Shown: positions 1 to 10,743 of the stretch, piece by piece | Layout: the number at the start of each line of letters is the position of its first letter | Position numbering within the stretch: position 1 is the stretch's first letter | DNA from: Camelus dromedarius | Taxonomy: Eukaryota | Assembly (NCBI RefSeq): GCF_036321535.1 | Contig: NC_087437.1 | Coordinates: 42,286,001 to 42,350,000 of the forward strand | Direction: 5' to 3' | DNA: 64,000 nt | Position numbers and translations under genes: made by a program | Notes under the pieces: model-generated | The model's database searches: none | Told to the model about the DNA's origin: nothing | What the model saw: only the letters and a program-made list of their open reading frames with translations

Positions 1-133
1 TAAAAGGCTATTGGATAGCTAGTATCTTGGTAGGGGTGGGGTTTGCTGGAAACTTAGGTTTGAAGCTGTCAAATCCAAGATCGCCAAAATCTATCCATGC
101 AGTCATTCTGGTAGCAATATGGCTACTACCACG

Positions 134-163
134 ACAGGATATGCACACCACAGGATATGCACA
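134..163. repeat. short tandem duplication, 16-bp unit (ACAGGATATGCACACC + partial second copy)
   Basis: ACAGGATATGCACA at 134-147 and again at 150-163. Confidence 0.85.
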
Positions 164-667
164 TGCTACACTAGACATCAGATGCTGCTACTTGAGTCAG
201 TGATACTGCTATTTCTGGGAACTGAACACTGGCTACTGATCAAAACCCACAGAACAAAAATGCTCAGCCTCTGCCTTAGCTCTGTGAAACTTAATGATTC
301 ACCATTAGGTTCTGATTAATGTGTGCGTTTATGCATCTCTTTGGTGGAGTCTAGAGTATGTTGTACCCTAATTTCAAAGGTGAATGAGAAGGTTCTGAAA
401 TTCTCAGCTTCTCTAGTGAGAAGTGGGTTATCCACAAAGTGGGGGACTCCTAACACAGGAAGGAGGTTGGGGAGCTAAAGCACAAGATAAATATCTACTT
501 CAAACACCAGAAGTTATCAGCTCACCTAGCATTGTATCTAGATGTAGGGTGGCTTCCTCAGTGCTTAACCCTGGAAACCCACAGTGTTGTGCAGACAGGT
601 TCTTTTATCCTCACACTCTTCCACAGTCTGGCTTTATGGTAAGGCTGCTCCCCTCAGAGTTATTTCT

Positions 668-1000
668 GTGGTCTGAATATTTGTGTCCCCTGCAAATTTA
701 AATGTTGAAATCCTAGCCCCTAAATGTGACGCTATTTGAAGATACAGCCTTTGGGAGGTGATTGGGTCATGATGGTGGGGCCCTCATGAATGAGATTAGT
801 GCTCTTTTAAAAGAGATCTCACAGAGCTCCCTAGCCTCTTCCTCTATGTGAGGACACAGAGAGAAGTTGTGGAATCTGAACATGACAAGGGTCTGCACCA
901 AAATGTGACCATGCTGGTGCTTTGATCTTGGACTTCCCAGCCACCAGAACTGTGCCCAGTGTGTGGTATTCTGTTATAGTACCCCAAATGGACTAAGACA
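668..1000 (+). mobile_element. ERVL-MaLR solo LTR (MLT1A/MLT1A0-like)
   Basis: Starts TGTGGTCTGAATATTTGTGTCCCC; contains GGGGCCCTCATGAATGAGATTAGTGC and GATCTTGGACTTCCCAGCC; ends GGACTAAGACA. Confidence 0.85.
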
Positions 1001-1032
1001 GCTATGTAACAAATGCCACAGAAACTGAGGCT

Positions 1033-1498
1033 CATTAACCAAAATTTTAGAAACAGAGACCTCATTGAAATGTAAAGGTGTGTATTTGGGGTTTGTTAGG
1101 ACTGCAGCCCAGGAGACTTAGATTCAAGAAGCACTTGAATTGCATTCCACCAGACTACAAAATGGAGGAGGCTTATTAAGGCAAAAACTGTAAGGCTGCA
1201 GTTATGAGCTGTTTATCAAGAATTATAATTAGGAAGAAGTAAGGTGTGCTTTTAAAGTAAGGATTGGTTAGGATCCTTACGGTTGCATAGTTACAAGGGG
1301 AGACCTTGAGACTAGAAGGCTGCAGCTGGCAGGTGTTGTTCTGAATATGCCTGTTGGCATCCTTGGTCTGCACAGCTCAAAGAAAGTTCAAGTTCCAGTG
1401 GCACAGAGCTGTGTCTGAGACTAGGTCCCCAGTGGCCACCTGACTTCATTTTTGTATACAATTCAGGTGATGACTATGATGACTGCATTATAATTTCA
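1033..1498 (-). mobile_element. probable ERV1-class solo LTR
   Basis: Minus strand begins TGAAATTATAATGCAGTC, resembling ERV1/MER-type LTR starts; appears to interrupt a MIR remnant (GAAACTGAGGCTCA at 1021). Family not identified. Confidence 0.45.
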
Positions 1499-1519
1499 AT
1501 TTGTCATCAGGCTATATCA

Positions 1520-1614
1520 TTTTTTTTTTAATGGAGATACTGGGAATTGAACCCAGGACCTCATGCCTTCTAATAATTCACCATTAGGTTCTACGATTGA
1601 GCTATACCCTCCCC
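1520..1614 (-). mobile_element. tRNA-derived SINE (camelid Vic-1-like) with altered central segment
   Basis: Minus strand GGGGAGGGTATAGCTCAATCGTAGA (A box) ... GGTCCTGGGTTCAATTCCCAG (B box) ... poly(A); TSD CAGGCTATAT (1508) / CAGACTATAT (1615). Confidence 0.9.
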
Positions 1615-1754
1615 CAGACTATATGCTTTCTTGTTCATCTCTCAAAGTGAGAAAGACATGCTTCTCCTGCACATTCTCAATCCTTCTGCATCTCTTTTTT
1701 CAACTCTAATAAGGTTAACATATAATAAAATGTGCAGATTTTCAGTATTAGAGT

Positions 1755-2159
1755 TGTATTAGTCAGGGTTTTCTGGAAAAACAGAACCTATAGGACGTGC
1801 ATAAATAGAGATTTATTTTAAAGAATTTACTCATGTAATTATGGAAGGAGGCTGGCAAGTCCAAAATCTGCAGGGTAGGCTGGCAGGCTGGAGACCCAGG
1901 GAAGAGCTATTGTTGCAGTTTGAGTCTGAAGGCCACTGGTGGGTAGAACGCCTTCTTGTGCGGAGAGGACGGTCTTTGCTCTATGAAGGCCTTCAACTTA
2001 TTGGATGAGGCCTGCCCACATAATGGAGGGCAATCTGCTTTACTCAAAGTCCACCAATTTAAATGTTAATTTCATCCAAAAAACACTTTGACAGAAATAT
2101 CTAGAACAATGTTTAACTGAATATCTGGCCAATATAGCCAAGTTGACACACAAAGGACA
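1755..2159 (-). mobile_element. ERVL LTR (MLT2B-like) inserted in an old L1
   Basis: TGTATTAGTCAGGGTTTTCTGGAAAAACAGAACC ... GAGGCTGGCAAGTCCAAAATCTGCAGGG ... GCCAAGTTGACACA. Confidence 0.85.
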
Positions 2160-3080
2160 GTGAGTTTGGATATGAAATTGTGTGACTATCATGCCAGTCA
2201 AGATATAAACCAATGTGACGGCCTCAGAAAATTATCCTGCATCCTCTTCCAGTCACTCTTTACTCCATCTCCATGGAAACTATTTCTGAATTCTATCATT
2301 GTGCATTAATTTCCAGCTTAGGACTTTATTTAAATTGAATCATACAGTATGTATTCTTTTTTGTGTTTGGCTTGTTTTAGCCAACAAAAGGAACAAAATG
2401 TGTGTGTGTGTGTTTGTGTTAGGTGTGTGTGTGTGCATTTGTGTGTGATATAATTGGCATTAAAACAAACACACAGATTTAGATGTTCTGTTAGGTAAGT
2501 GTTGAATGACTTGTATACATCTGTGTAATGCTACTCAAAACAAAACATGGAATATTTTCACTACTTTAGAAAGCTCCTTTATGCATCTTTCCAGTTAAAA
2601 CTCCGCCCCACCCAAAGCTACCACTTTCTGCCCTTTTATTCTTAATATGATGTTTCTAAGATTTATCCTATTTCGCATGTGTTAGTAGTTCCCTTTTATT
2701 GATGAGTAGTATTCCATAATTTGTTTATCCATTCTCTTGTTGACAGCCCTTACAATTGTTTTCAGCTTTGGGTAACCATGAATAAAGCTGCTTTGAATGA
2801 TTTTGTACAAGTCTTTTTGCACGAAAGCTTTTCCCTGGGTTAATGCCTGATAATATAACTTCTGGTTGCAGCCTATGTGTTTAACTTTTTAAGAAACTGC
2901 CAGCAGTCTTGCAAAGTGGTTACAGCATTTCTCAGTCTCGTAAGTAGTGTATGAGAGTTTCAGTTGCCCCACCCATATCCTCACCTACATTTGATATTGC
3001 CAGTTTTTACAATCATAGCTGCTCAAGTTGATGTGAAATGTCTCATTACGATTTTATCTTGCATTTCCCTAATGACTAAT
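2160..3080 (-). mobile_element. old L1M (L1MB/L1MC-like) 3' end fragments, with a (TG)n tract at ~2399-2447
   Basis: GAATCATACAGTATGTATTCTTTT, TTTATCCATTCTCTTGTTGA, AAGAAACTGCCA, TTGCATTTCCCTAATGACTAAT are antisense L1 ORF2-end/3'UTR motifs. Confidence 0.75.
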
Positions 3081-3389
3081 CATATTGATTAGTTGACTTT
3101 TGTATGTGCGTGTATGCATATATATGTGTGTGTGATATGCTATTCATTATCTTGATTACATATTCTTTCCTAAAGATTCTGCGATTGTCCTTGTAACAAT
3201 AAGCATTAATTAACAATGAGAAATAACTCCTGCAGTCAAGAATGGGATTAGCTTCCTCTGAGGAAGAGAACTTCATGGAACATGGAGAATATGGATGGAT
3301 AAAAGAAAAAAAGTCAGAATTTCATTATGAAGAAAAAGAGAAGATATTTCATAGAGAGGAGAGATGATAGAAAAGAGTAGGGCCAAACT

Positions 3390-3950
3390 GGTGGTTCTCA
3401 AGCCAAGATGCACCTCAAAATCATTCTTTTAAAACACCAATTAAAATCCAGTATCTTCTGGATCCACTGGGACAGAGGTTGGGCTGTCAAGGCTCTGGGT
3501 GGCCTTGTCCCTGTTGGGGCTCTCTGCCTGAAGCTTCCATCGCAATGTTGGCGGTGCTACCTGTTTGGGGCAGCAGAGGGGGGGACCCAACCTTCATGAC
3601 TCTGCTGAGTATTGCCCTAACAGGGGTCTTTTGTGGTGGCCCCCTACTTGGGGAGAGAGCTCTCTTGAACCTCGTTTAATAAAAGCACTAATTCCGTTCA
3701 TGAGGATGCTGCCTTCATGACCTAATCAGCTCCCACAGGCCCACCTCCTAATACCATGCCATTATGTATTAGGCTTCAACATATGAATGTGGGAGACACA
3801 CATTGAGACCACAGCATCATGGAATATATTTAAAATGAAAATCCGTAGGTTCAAATTCAAATTCTAGTAATTCAGATTTAGTAGGTCTAGAATGAAGTCT
3901 AGGAATCTACTTTTTTTTTTTTAAACAAATTTACCAGCTGGCTCTGAGGC
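3390..3950. mobile_element. hAT-Charlie MITE (MER5-like) interrupted by a MaLR element
   Basis: GTGGTTCTCAAG...GCACCTCAAAATCA on the left; TCAGATTTAGTAGGTCTAGAATGAAGTCTAGGAATCTAC on the right. Confidence 0.5.
3451..3816 (-). mobile_element. MaLR (MLT1A-like) partial LTR fused to MLT1 internal sequence
   Basis: CTTCATGACCTAATCAGCTCCCACAGGCCCACCTCCTAATACCA...TTCAACATATGAAT...GACCACAGCA (LTR) next to MLT-int-like GGCTCTGGGTGGCCTTGTCCCTG. Confidence 0.7.
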
Positions 3951-4596
3951 AGAATATTTTTAAATAAGAGGAGCCCTTATCAACCATTGACAAAATTTCC
4001 TCTACACACATATGTACCCAAGGACCCCTTGCTACTCGGGCACTCTTCAGGACCTTCAAGTTGGGCACCACTGGTGGAGGATGCATTACTGAAGGAGTAT
4101 TCATAGGTCCACATGCAACACTAGAAGGGCCCCCAGGAATATGCACTTGGGACAGTGGATGGGTACAAAGTGGCAGCCACATGAGACACAAGGAAAACAC
4201 TGGTCCAACTGGACACTGAAGAGGCACACAGAACTGTTCACAGGAGACATTTATGAAGCACATCAGAACATCTATGTGGGTAATGGAGGGGCAAACAGGC
4301 CCATGCAGGACATGGAAGGACCACACAGGAATGTCCCCACGAGACACTGAAATTTAGTATGTATCCACAAGGGGCTCTGAAGGGTCCCCTGTGTTCTTGT
4401 AGGACACTGAGGGAGAAAGGGGGTGAGAGAATGCCACAGAGACACTGATTAACCAGGGCTGAGGCACCAGGAAGAGAAAAATGCAACCTACAGATAAGGT
4501 TCTTGAGTTTGTGAGATCCCAAGAGGGAGAAACCTTGTTTTATGTACCATCACGTCATTAGGATCTATCACAGTGACCGATTATGTACTCAATACA

Positions 4597-4731
4597 TAGA
4601 GTGACCAAGTAATTTATCTCCCAAACTGGGTTGCCCTTGGTCAGAAAAGGGGGTACCATTTATAACTATGCTGAAACCGAAAGCATAATCTAAGACCCAT
4701 TCTGGGAAAGCTGGGAAGTACAGTTTCCCTA
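4597..4731 (+). mobile_element. hAT-Blackjack MITE (MER94-like)
   Basis: TAGAGTGACCAAGTAATTTATCTCCCAAACTGGG ... GGGAAAGCTGGGAAGTACAGTTTCCCTA, degenerate TIRs. Confidence 0.65.
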
Positions 4732-7700
4732 CCAATGAATCTTGGGTAAGTAGGTGGGTGAATGAATGAGGGGAGTTCTTTTTGAGTGGAAAGAATAAAT
4801 AATAACACCATCAACTGCTCTATCAAACAGGAAAAAAAGGCCTTCTTGCAGGTGACAAAGCAGGGGTGTTGAGGCTAGAAGTGTCTGAAGTCTTTTCTGT
4901 AAAGTGGCTTCTGCGGTCTTTGATGAGCACAGCACAGCGGGGGATGAGTAGAGCCCTCGGCCTGTAGCTGCAGTTGCTTATCAGATGCTGTGCTCTCAGT
5001 AAGACTTGCCTTTTTGTGATGGTTAAGAGTGGGGTGTGATGGAGATGAGGGCAGGGGCTAACACAGTCCAAGGGCCAGCTCCCAGGGCTATTGCAGATAG
5101 AGGGGTGGGGCATGGCTCAGTCCTCCAGGCAGCCCTCGTGAGCTGTGCTGGGTGGGGTGAGGCCTTCCATCTCCTCCGCAGAGGGCAGAAGTTGAGATGA
5201 ACTCAGAAAGGAGAGGGAATGAGGGAACAAGAAGCACAGCCTCCAGAAGGGGCCCCTTCACACTAATTGTAAAGAAACATGATGCTTGTTAATCAGAAAC
5301 GGGTGTTTAAAGAGGTACAAGCAGGAAGAGTGTAAAAGAGAAAATATCAGGACAAGAGGAAGTAGCTCTGTGCTCGCCTCCCCCAGCCCCTAGCCCTGGA
5401 CGCCATGCTGTGCCTTCCATAATAAGGCTGAACCTGGCCATGCCCATGGCCCCTGACTGCAGTGGTCTCCTCTCCCCATTTGAGAGCAGAAGGGCCACAG
5501 TCTTGGAGAGGAGGAAAAGATCAGGTGGCGCTCCCTGCAAGACTGTTCAGGCGTGTTTAGCCACGCATCTCAGGAGATCTCATGAGCTGTGTGCCCATGG
5601 CAGGCAGGTTAACTTCTCTGATACACATTTCTCTTCTGTAAAGGTGGGATTGTAACAGACGTGTGGCATTCAGGGTAACCCGAGGGTGCAGGTGAGATAG
5701 GAATGAAGTTTCCTCCCCTTCCTCCAGACTGTCTGCCATTAGCACTACCGCCTGGAAGACTGATGGGTTCAGTGAGTTGAACCCTGAGTGGATGATAAAA
5801 AAGGACCAGGAGGTTTACTTGATGGGAGGAGAGAGAAGGCAATTCAAGTGTAAACTCACGGGAGAACACTTTTCTAGCACTCTCCCTATTCCAGTAGAAT
5901 ATGCACCTCCCTGTTTTGTGCCTTGCCCCTTTGTTTTCAAGGAACCTGTGACACTTTATAGCATGTAAAATTTATTATAAGTTGGACTCCATCATAGGAG
6001 TGTCTCCTGAATAGTCAGAGGGCATCCTATTGTCTTTGATTCCCAAAGCTGAGTTCCTAGCTCTTAGAAAGTAAGCAGTACAAAGGGATGGAAAGAGAGA
6101 GATAAAGGGACTGGCAGGAGCCCCATGCAGAGGTGTTGGTGCAGGAAGGGAGTGGGCGGGTATGGGTGCTGAGAGGGCTTCCCGGAGGAGGGGGTGCCTT
6201 GTTGGCAGACCCTGGCACTGGATAGCAGGCCTGACAGTTCAATCAGGGAAAGGGAATGTGCTGGAGAGGGTGAGGAGTTTCCATAATACATCCCATGTGA
6301 TAGTCCAGCCTAAACCAGGTCCCAGGTACCACAAGTGGGCAGCATCTCGGGCAAAGCTTGCAGAGAACCTAAGACCAGGAAGTCTGTTTTTAAGCTGTGA
6401 TAAGCATATAGGTGTGGGAAAGGAGGTCTGGGGCTGGCCCAGCTTCTCAATAAGTTAGTCCCTGGCCCTTTTCTGTGTGGGAAGGCAGAACTACGCCTCG
6501 ATCGCCTGCTGGACCAGCTGTGAGATGCTTGAGGGCAGAGAGCATTTGTGTCAATTTCAGCATGAAGCTGACACTTAGTAAATGTTTATAAAGTTGGCCA
6601 AATTCACCAATGCTCTTCCTATGTTTCTGTGGGTTTTTCAAACATTTCTCTTTCTCCAGGAAAGAACTGTTGGTCTTCTGGGGAGAATTACCCTGTCCCA
6701 ATTTTTCTTGTCTTCACAAACATTTACAAATAGAATTTTAACTTAAAAATTGGTATTTGAACTTAAAAAGTAACCAAATTACAAGTCTTGTTTGACTTTC
6801 AAACTCACAAAGCTACAGAAACAAAAATACCAAGTCCACTGTAGACAGAGCCCCACGTACAATGTGTTCTGCCTCATTTTCAGTTAATGGACCACATCCA
6901 TTGTTCTCTGAAAGAGGAAATTCCACTGTTAACTGCCAGAGAGAAAATAGGCTTCTCCTTTGCACTCAAGAGTCTGGCTAAACAATCTTTGCCCGTCTAT
7001 AAAACGGCAGCCTCTGGCTGCAGGATATTTTCTCCACAGAGAAAAGTGAGGACAGAATACATTTTGAAGGGTGGTTGTGTCTCGACACCTTGTTGACTGG
7101 TGCCTCAAAGGCTTTTAGGTCACTTGTACCGAACACGGAAGAAAATAGGGCTGTGTAATTGGCCAGGAAATGAAGGCACACGATCTGTTTGCACCGCCAT
7201 TATCTAATGGAGGTCACTATGTCCAACTGGAACTAAGGTTAATCACTCTGTCAGACGTGCCTGTGGAGACACGGGATGAGTTGTTTTGCTTGCCTCTGAA
7301 TCCAGACTGAAGTGGACCGCTGTCTCATTTACTCTGGGTTATGGTGGCGGATTTATTATAGTCCAGTAGGTTTCCCTCCTTCCCCTCCCCTCTCCTCTCC
7401 TCTCCTCAACCTGTCTCTCCCCTTTTCCCCTCTCCTCCCCCACCTTTTCCTTCCCTTTTTCCTGGACTCCACCCTGACCCAAAGGAAGGGGGATATCTGG
7501 AATCTGATGACTACATATTGAAAGTGTCTTTGTTTTCCAAAGTGCAGTGAGCTAAAAAAAAAAAAACTGAGGACTATTTCTTCATAAAATACTAACAATT
7601 CTAAGATCATTTAAAAATTCAGCAAGTGTAGATTTTATCTCTCAAGGAAGACTTCTGGAGTGTGAAAGTTCAGGCTGATTGCACCTGAATCCTCTTCAGT

Positions 7701-7879
7701 CTCTGCATTACTGGCATCTGTCAGTGTTTTGTCATGGCAGGGTTTTACAGCTGGTGGAGAAGTTAGCACAGGTTCATCTCTCAGAAGTGAACAAACAGCC
7801 TGTTTGATGCCTCACTGTTAGTTGAGCCTGGTCACTCTCTGGGTCAGTAAACTATTGCACTTTCAATTCCCGGAAAGTG

Positions 7880-8760
7880 ATCTGGTGTAGTGAAGAAGGC
7901 CACGGGCTTTGTAAACAGGAGGGCCCGGGTTTGATTTAGGGCCCCATGGTCATATCCTCTGGACTTCTTTAGTTTTCTCATATGTAAAGTGGGAATAACA
8001 CTAATAATTATGTCATGTTGTTAGAGCAGGCAGATAGCTAGATATGAGCAGAGAAAGGGAAACACAGACCAAATGGCAGACATTGGGCAGAAAGGAGAGA
8101 CACAGGCCAAATGCAGGAAACCCTACATCATGTGAGCACCAGGGGTCCCTGGGCAGAGAAAGAAAAGCAGGAACCTCTGGGCTGATAAGTGGTCATAGTT
8201 TGGGGGTGACAAGTGGCATAGAGGCCAACAAAGAAAGGTGGGAAAAGGCAGGAATCTCCAGTGTCTGAATGTAACTTTTTGCTCATTATGTCCTCATTTC
8301 AATAAAATTAGCCTTGCAGACTAGAAGTACCCATCAAGCACCGATGCCACGACACTTCCAATCCAGACTGAAAAAGGACAAAAATACCTCCTCCCCACCA
8401 CAAGGTGGGGTTGAGACGAAAATCAGGGAATATGACCCCAAGCCCTTCCCTCCCCAGTCAATATTCCATCCATTCATTTTTACACCCTGTGTAACCAACT
8501 TGCCAAAGAAACTCAGGGCAGCCGCTCACCTGAGTCTGCCCACTCTCCCCTGAGAGTGTACTATCCACTCCTTAATAAATCGTCACTTTACTTTCTTAAC
8601 CTCCATGTCTTGTGTCTGAATTCTTTCTGGGATGGGACAAGAACCTGGAAGGAACATTGGTTATATCTACCAGCAACAATGTGAGTTGTATGGAGGTGAA
8701 ATAAGACAAAGCAGGTAACTGAGTTAACATAATGCCTGGTGTTTACAAGGATTCAGCTAC
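7880..8760 (+). mobile_element. MIR SINE split by the LTR at 8019-8678
   Basis: GTGTAGTGAAGAAGGCCACGGGCTTTG...AGTTTTCTCATATGTAAAGTGGGAATAA on the left; GAGTTGTATGGAGGTGAAATAAGA...TAATGCCTGG on the right. Confidence 0.6.
8019..8678 (+). mobile_element. ERV1-class solo LTR, 660 bp, intact termini
   Basis: TGTTAGAG...CAGCAACA termini; 4-bp TSD ATGT at 8015-8018 and 8679-8682; AATAAA at ~8574; U5-like TGTCTGAATTCTTTCTG...ACAAGAACCTGG. Confidence 0.9.
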
Positions 8761-8764
8761 ATTT

Positions 8765-9090
8765 AACAAGGCTAACTTAGTCACTAGGCACCCCAGGCAC
8801 AGGGCCTGAGGGTCACCAAACTTTTAGGGGGGCCATGAAAAGGTTTTAATTTTCATTTATTTTATTTTTTAATTTTAATTTTTTAATTAAAATCGGTCAT
8901 AATGTTGTACCAATAATTTTCATCTTTTAGAATAAGAAGGAAAAAATGAATATAACGAATCCAACCCAGATTATGATTGTCTTTTTACCCAATATATTCA
9001 TAAAAGGTAACAATTTTTTTAATGAATTAAGACACCTGGGAAAGCAAAAACACCTGGGGCCCACGAAAGTCATACTGCGACTCAGGCCGT
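8765..9090. mobile_element. hAT-Tip100 element (MER45-like)
   Basis: CACTAGGCACCCCAGGCACAGGGCCT...TTTAGGGGGGCCATGAAAA ... GGGGCCCACGAAAGTCATA. Confidence 0.55.
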
Positions 9091-9917
9091 TAGCAGTCCT
9101 GGGTGTGACAGTAGCAGGAGCCTCCACAGTAAAGGAGAGGTGAAAACAAAATGCCAAGGTTGTAACTGACTGAGTTGTAGTTAACTTCTCAGTGAAAGCA
9201 GCTAGAGTAGGTTTCTGTAATAGCTAAGTATGCTTTTTATTACTTTTCAGCCACCCCTCTTAATAACAGGTGAATGAATTACCTTAAAAAGAATTATGGT
9301 GATTTTCAGTACAGCTGGGATATGATGAACATATCATCCATGAGCATAATAGAGTGGCTGTAAAATCAAACAGTTTTTAGGTAGAGTAGTTGAATAGCTC
9401 TAAGGATAGGAAAAACCCATTTCTCTTGGCAATATCAAAACTATGCCATTACTAAGGAATGCATTTGCCAGAAAGACAGTGTGTGGCTGACCCACACTGA
9501 CTCTGTTGCCGACCGTCTTGGATTGGGTGGACCCCAGGGGGTCCTCCCCTTGCCCAGTGCAGCTTGGGCCACTAGAATGAGACCAGGTTGGCCAAACAGA
9601 GCAGAAATCTTATTACTTGATCAAGGAGTGGAGAAGGGAGAGCTCGTGCTGTAAAGACACCTTCTCCACGAAGGGAGGAGAGGACAGGACTTCTAAATGG
9701 TAAGAGGCAGGTGCATCATCAGAAACTGAGGAAAAGGGCAGAGATTTCCATGAACAGCTCGGGCATGCACAGCCCCTCAGGCTTCCTCGCACATGGCACT
9801 GACTATGTCTAGCAAGGTACAAGTCTCCCCTTTGGTGGGAGATCTTCCCACAGTAATGTAGCAAAGGCAACTAGAGGATACTTCTCAGTTTCCTCTGCAT
9901 AGGAACTGCTCTGACAG

Positions 9918-10532
9918 TTAGGGTGGATCTGTTTCAGGGCAGTTGACTGTCAGATTTTCTTTGAGGTGTAACTGATAAACATCTTTGACAAACATCAGAT
10001 GTTTTGGAACAAGAGCAGAAATAGGTTACAGTAGAGATCTTTCAGCTCACCGACAACTCCCTTTTGTCAGCGCCACCCTAGGCTTGCAGGCCTACCCCTC
10101 CCTCTGTGCATGGCTGAGCTTTAACCTACTCACAAGGAATGTGCCCATGCCAGGTAGGTTCCCTATCAACTTTTATCTTGCTTTCCTCTGGTATGAAAAC
10201 TGGGGAAATGCCTTTAGGTGACGCAGATGATTAATGGTCATGAGACCCCCTCCCTGCCCAGGGGAGGAAAAGCCCTGTTCCTGCTGGTGCTTCTCACTTG
10301 GTAGTCAGATTCTATCTTTATCTTTGGCCCCTTGAAGTCCCCTGTATCTTTTCAGGGGCATGGGGTGCAGCTGCAAATGCCTCTGGATTCTCTTCCCCTG
10401 ATCCTGCCTACACGTAAGTTACACACAATAAACTTCATAGTTGCACTTTATGGAGTTGCCTGCTGCATCTTTTCAGTCTCAAAGGCCCTTCTCAGTTCAG
10501 AGGATGTTATTCTATATTCTCGCCTTCAAACA
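9918..10532 (+). mobile_element. ERVL-class solo LTR (MER54/73/74-like, family uncertain)
   Basis: 5-bp TSD GACAG at 9913-9917 and 10533-10537; ends ...TTCAAACA; AATAAA at ~10427. Confidence 0.65.
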
Positions 10533-10743
10533 GACAGAAATGGTCAATTTACCCTACATGCTCAGTTGAAGAAAACCTTGTTCTATGTGAACTGTATTAA
10601 GAAGACGTGCCAAGTTATTAACATATTTTGTTTCACTTATGAATATATAAATGCTAGTTTCCTTTAAAAACAACATAAAAGATCTATATTTTACCTACAT
10701 TATTTTTAGAATCGATCTGTCTACTTTAACAAAGGTCTATTTT

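Noticed and set aside
1..490. Possible very old MaLR-type LTR remnant
   Set aside because: Only faint motif similarity; family and boundaries cannot be supported.
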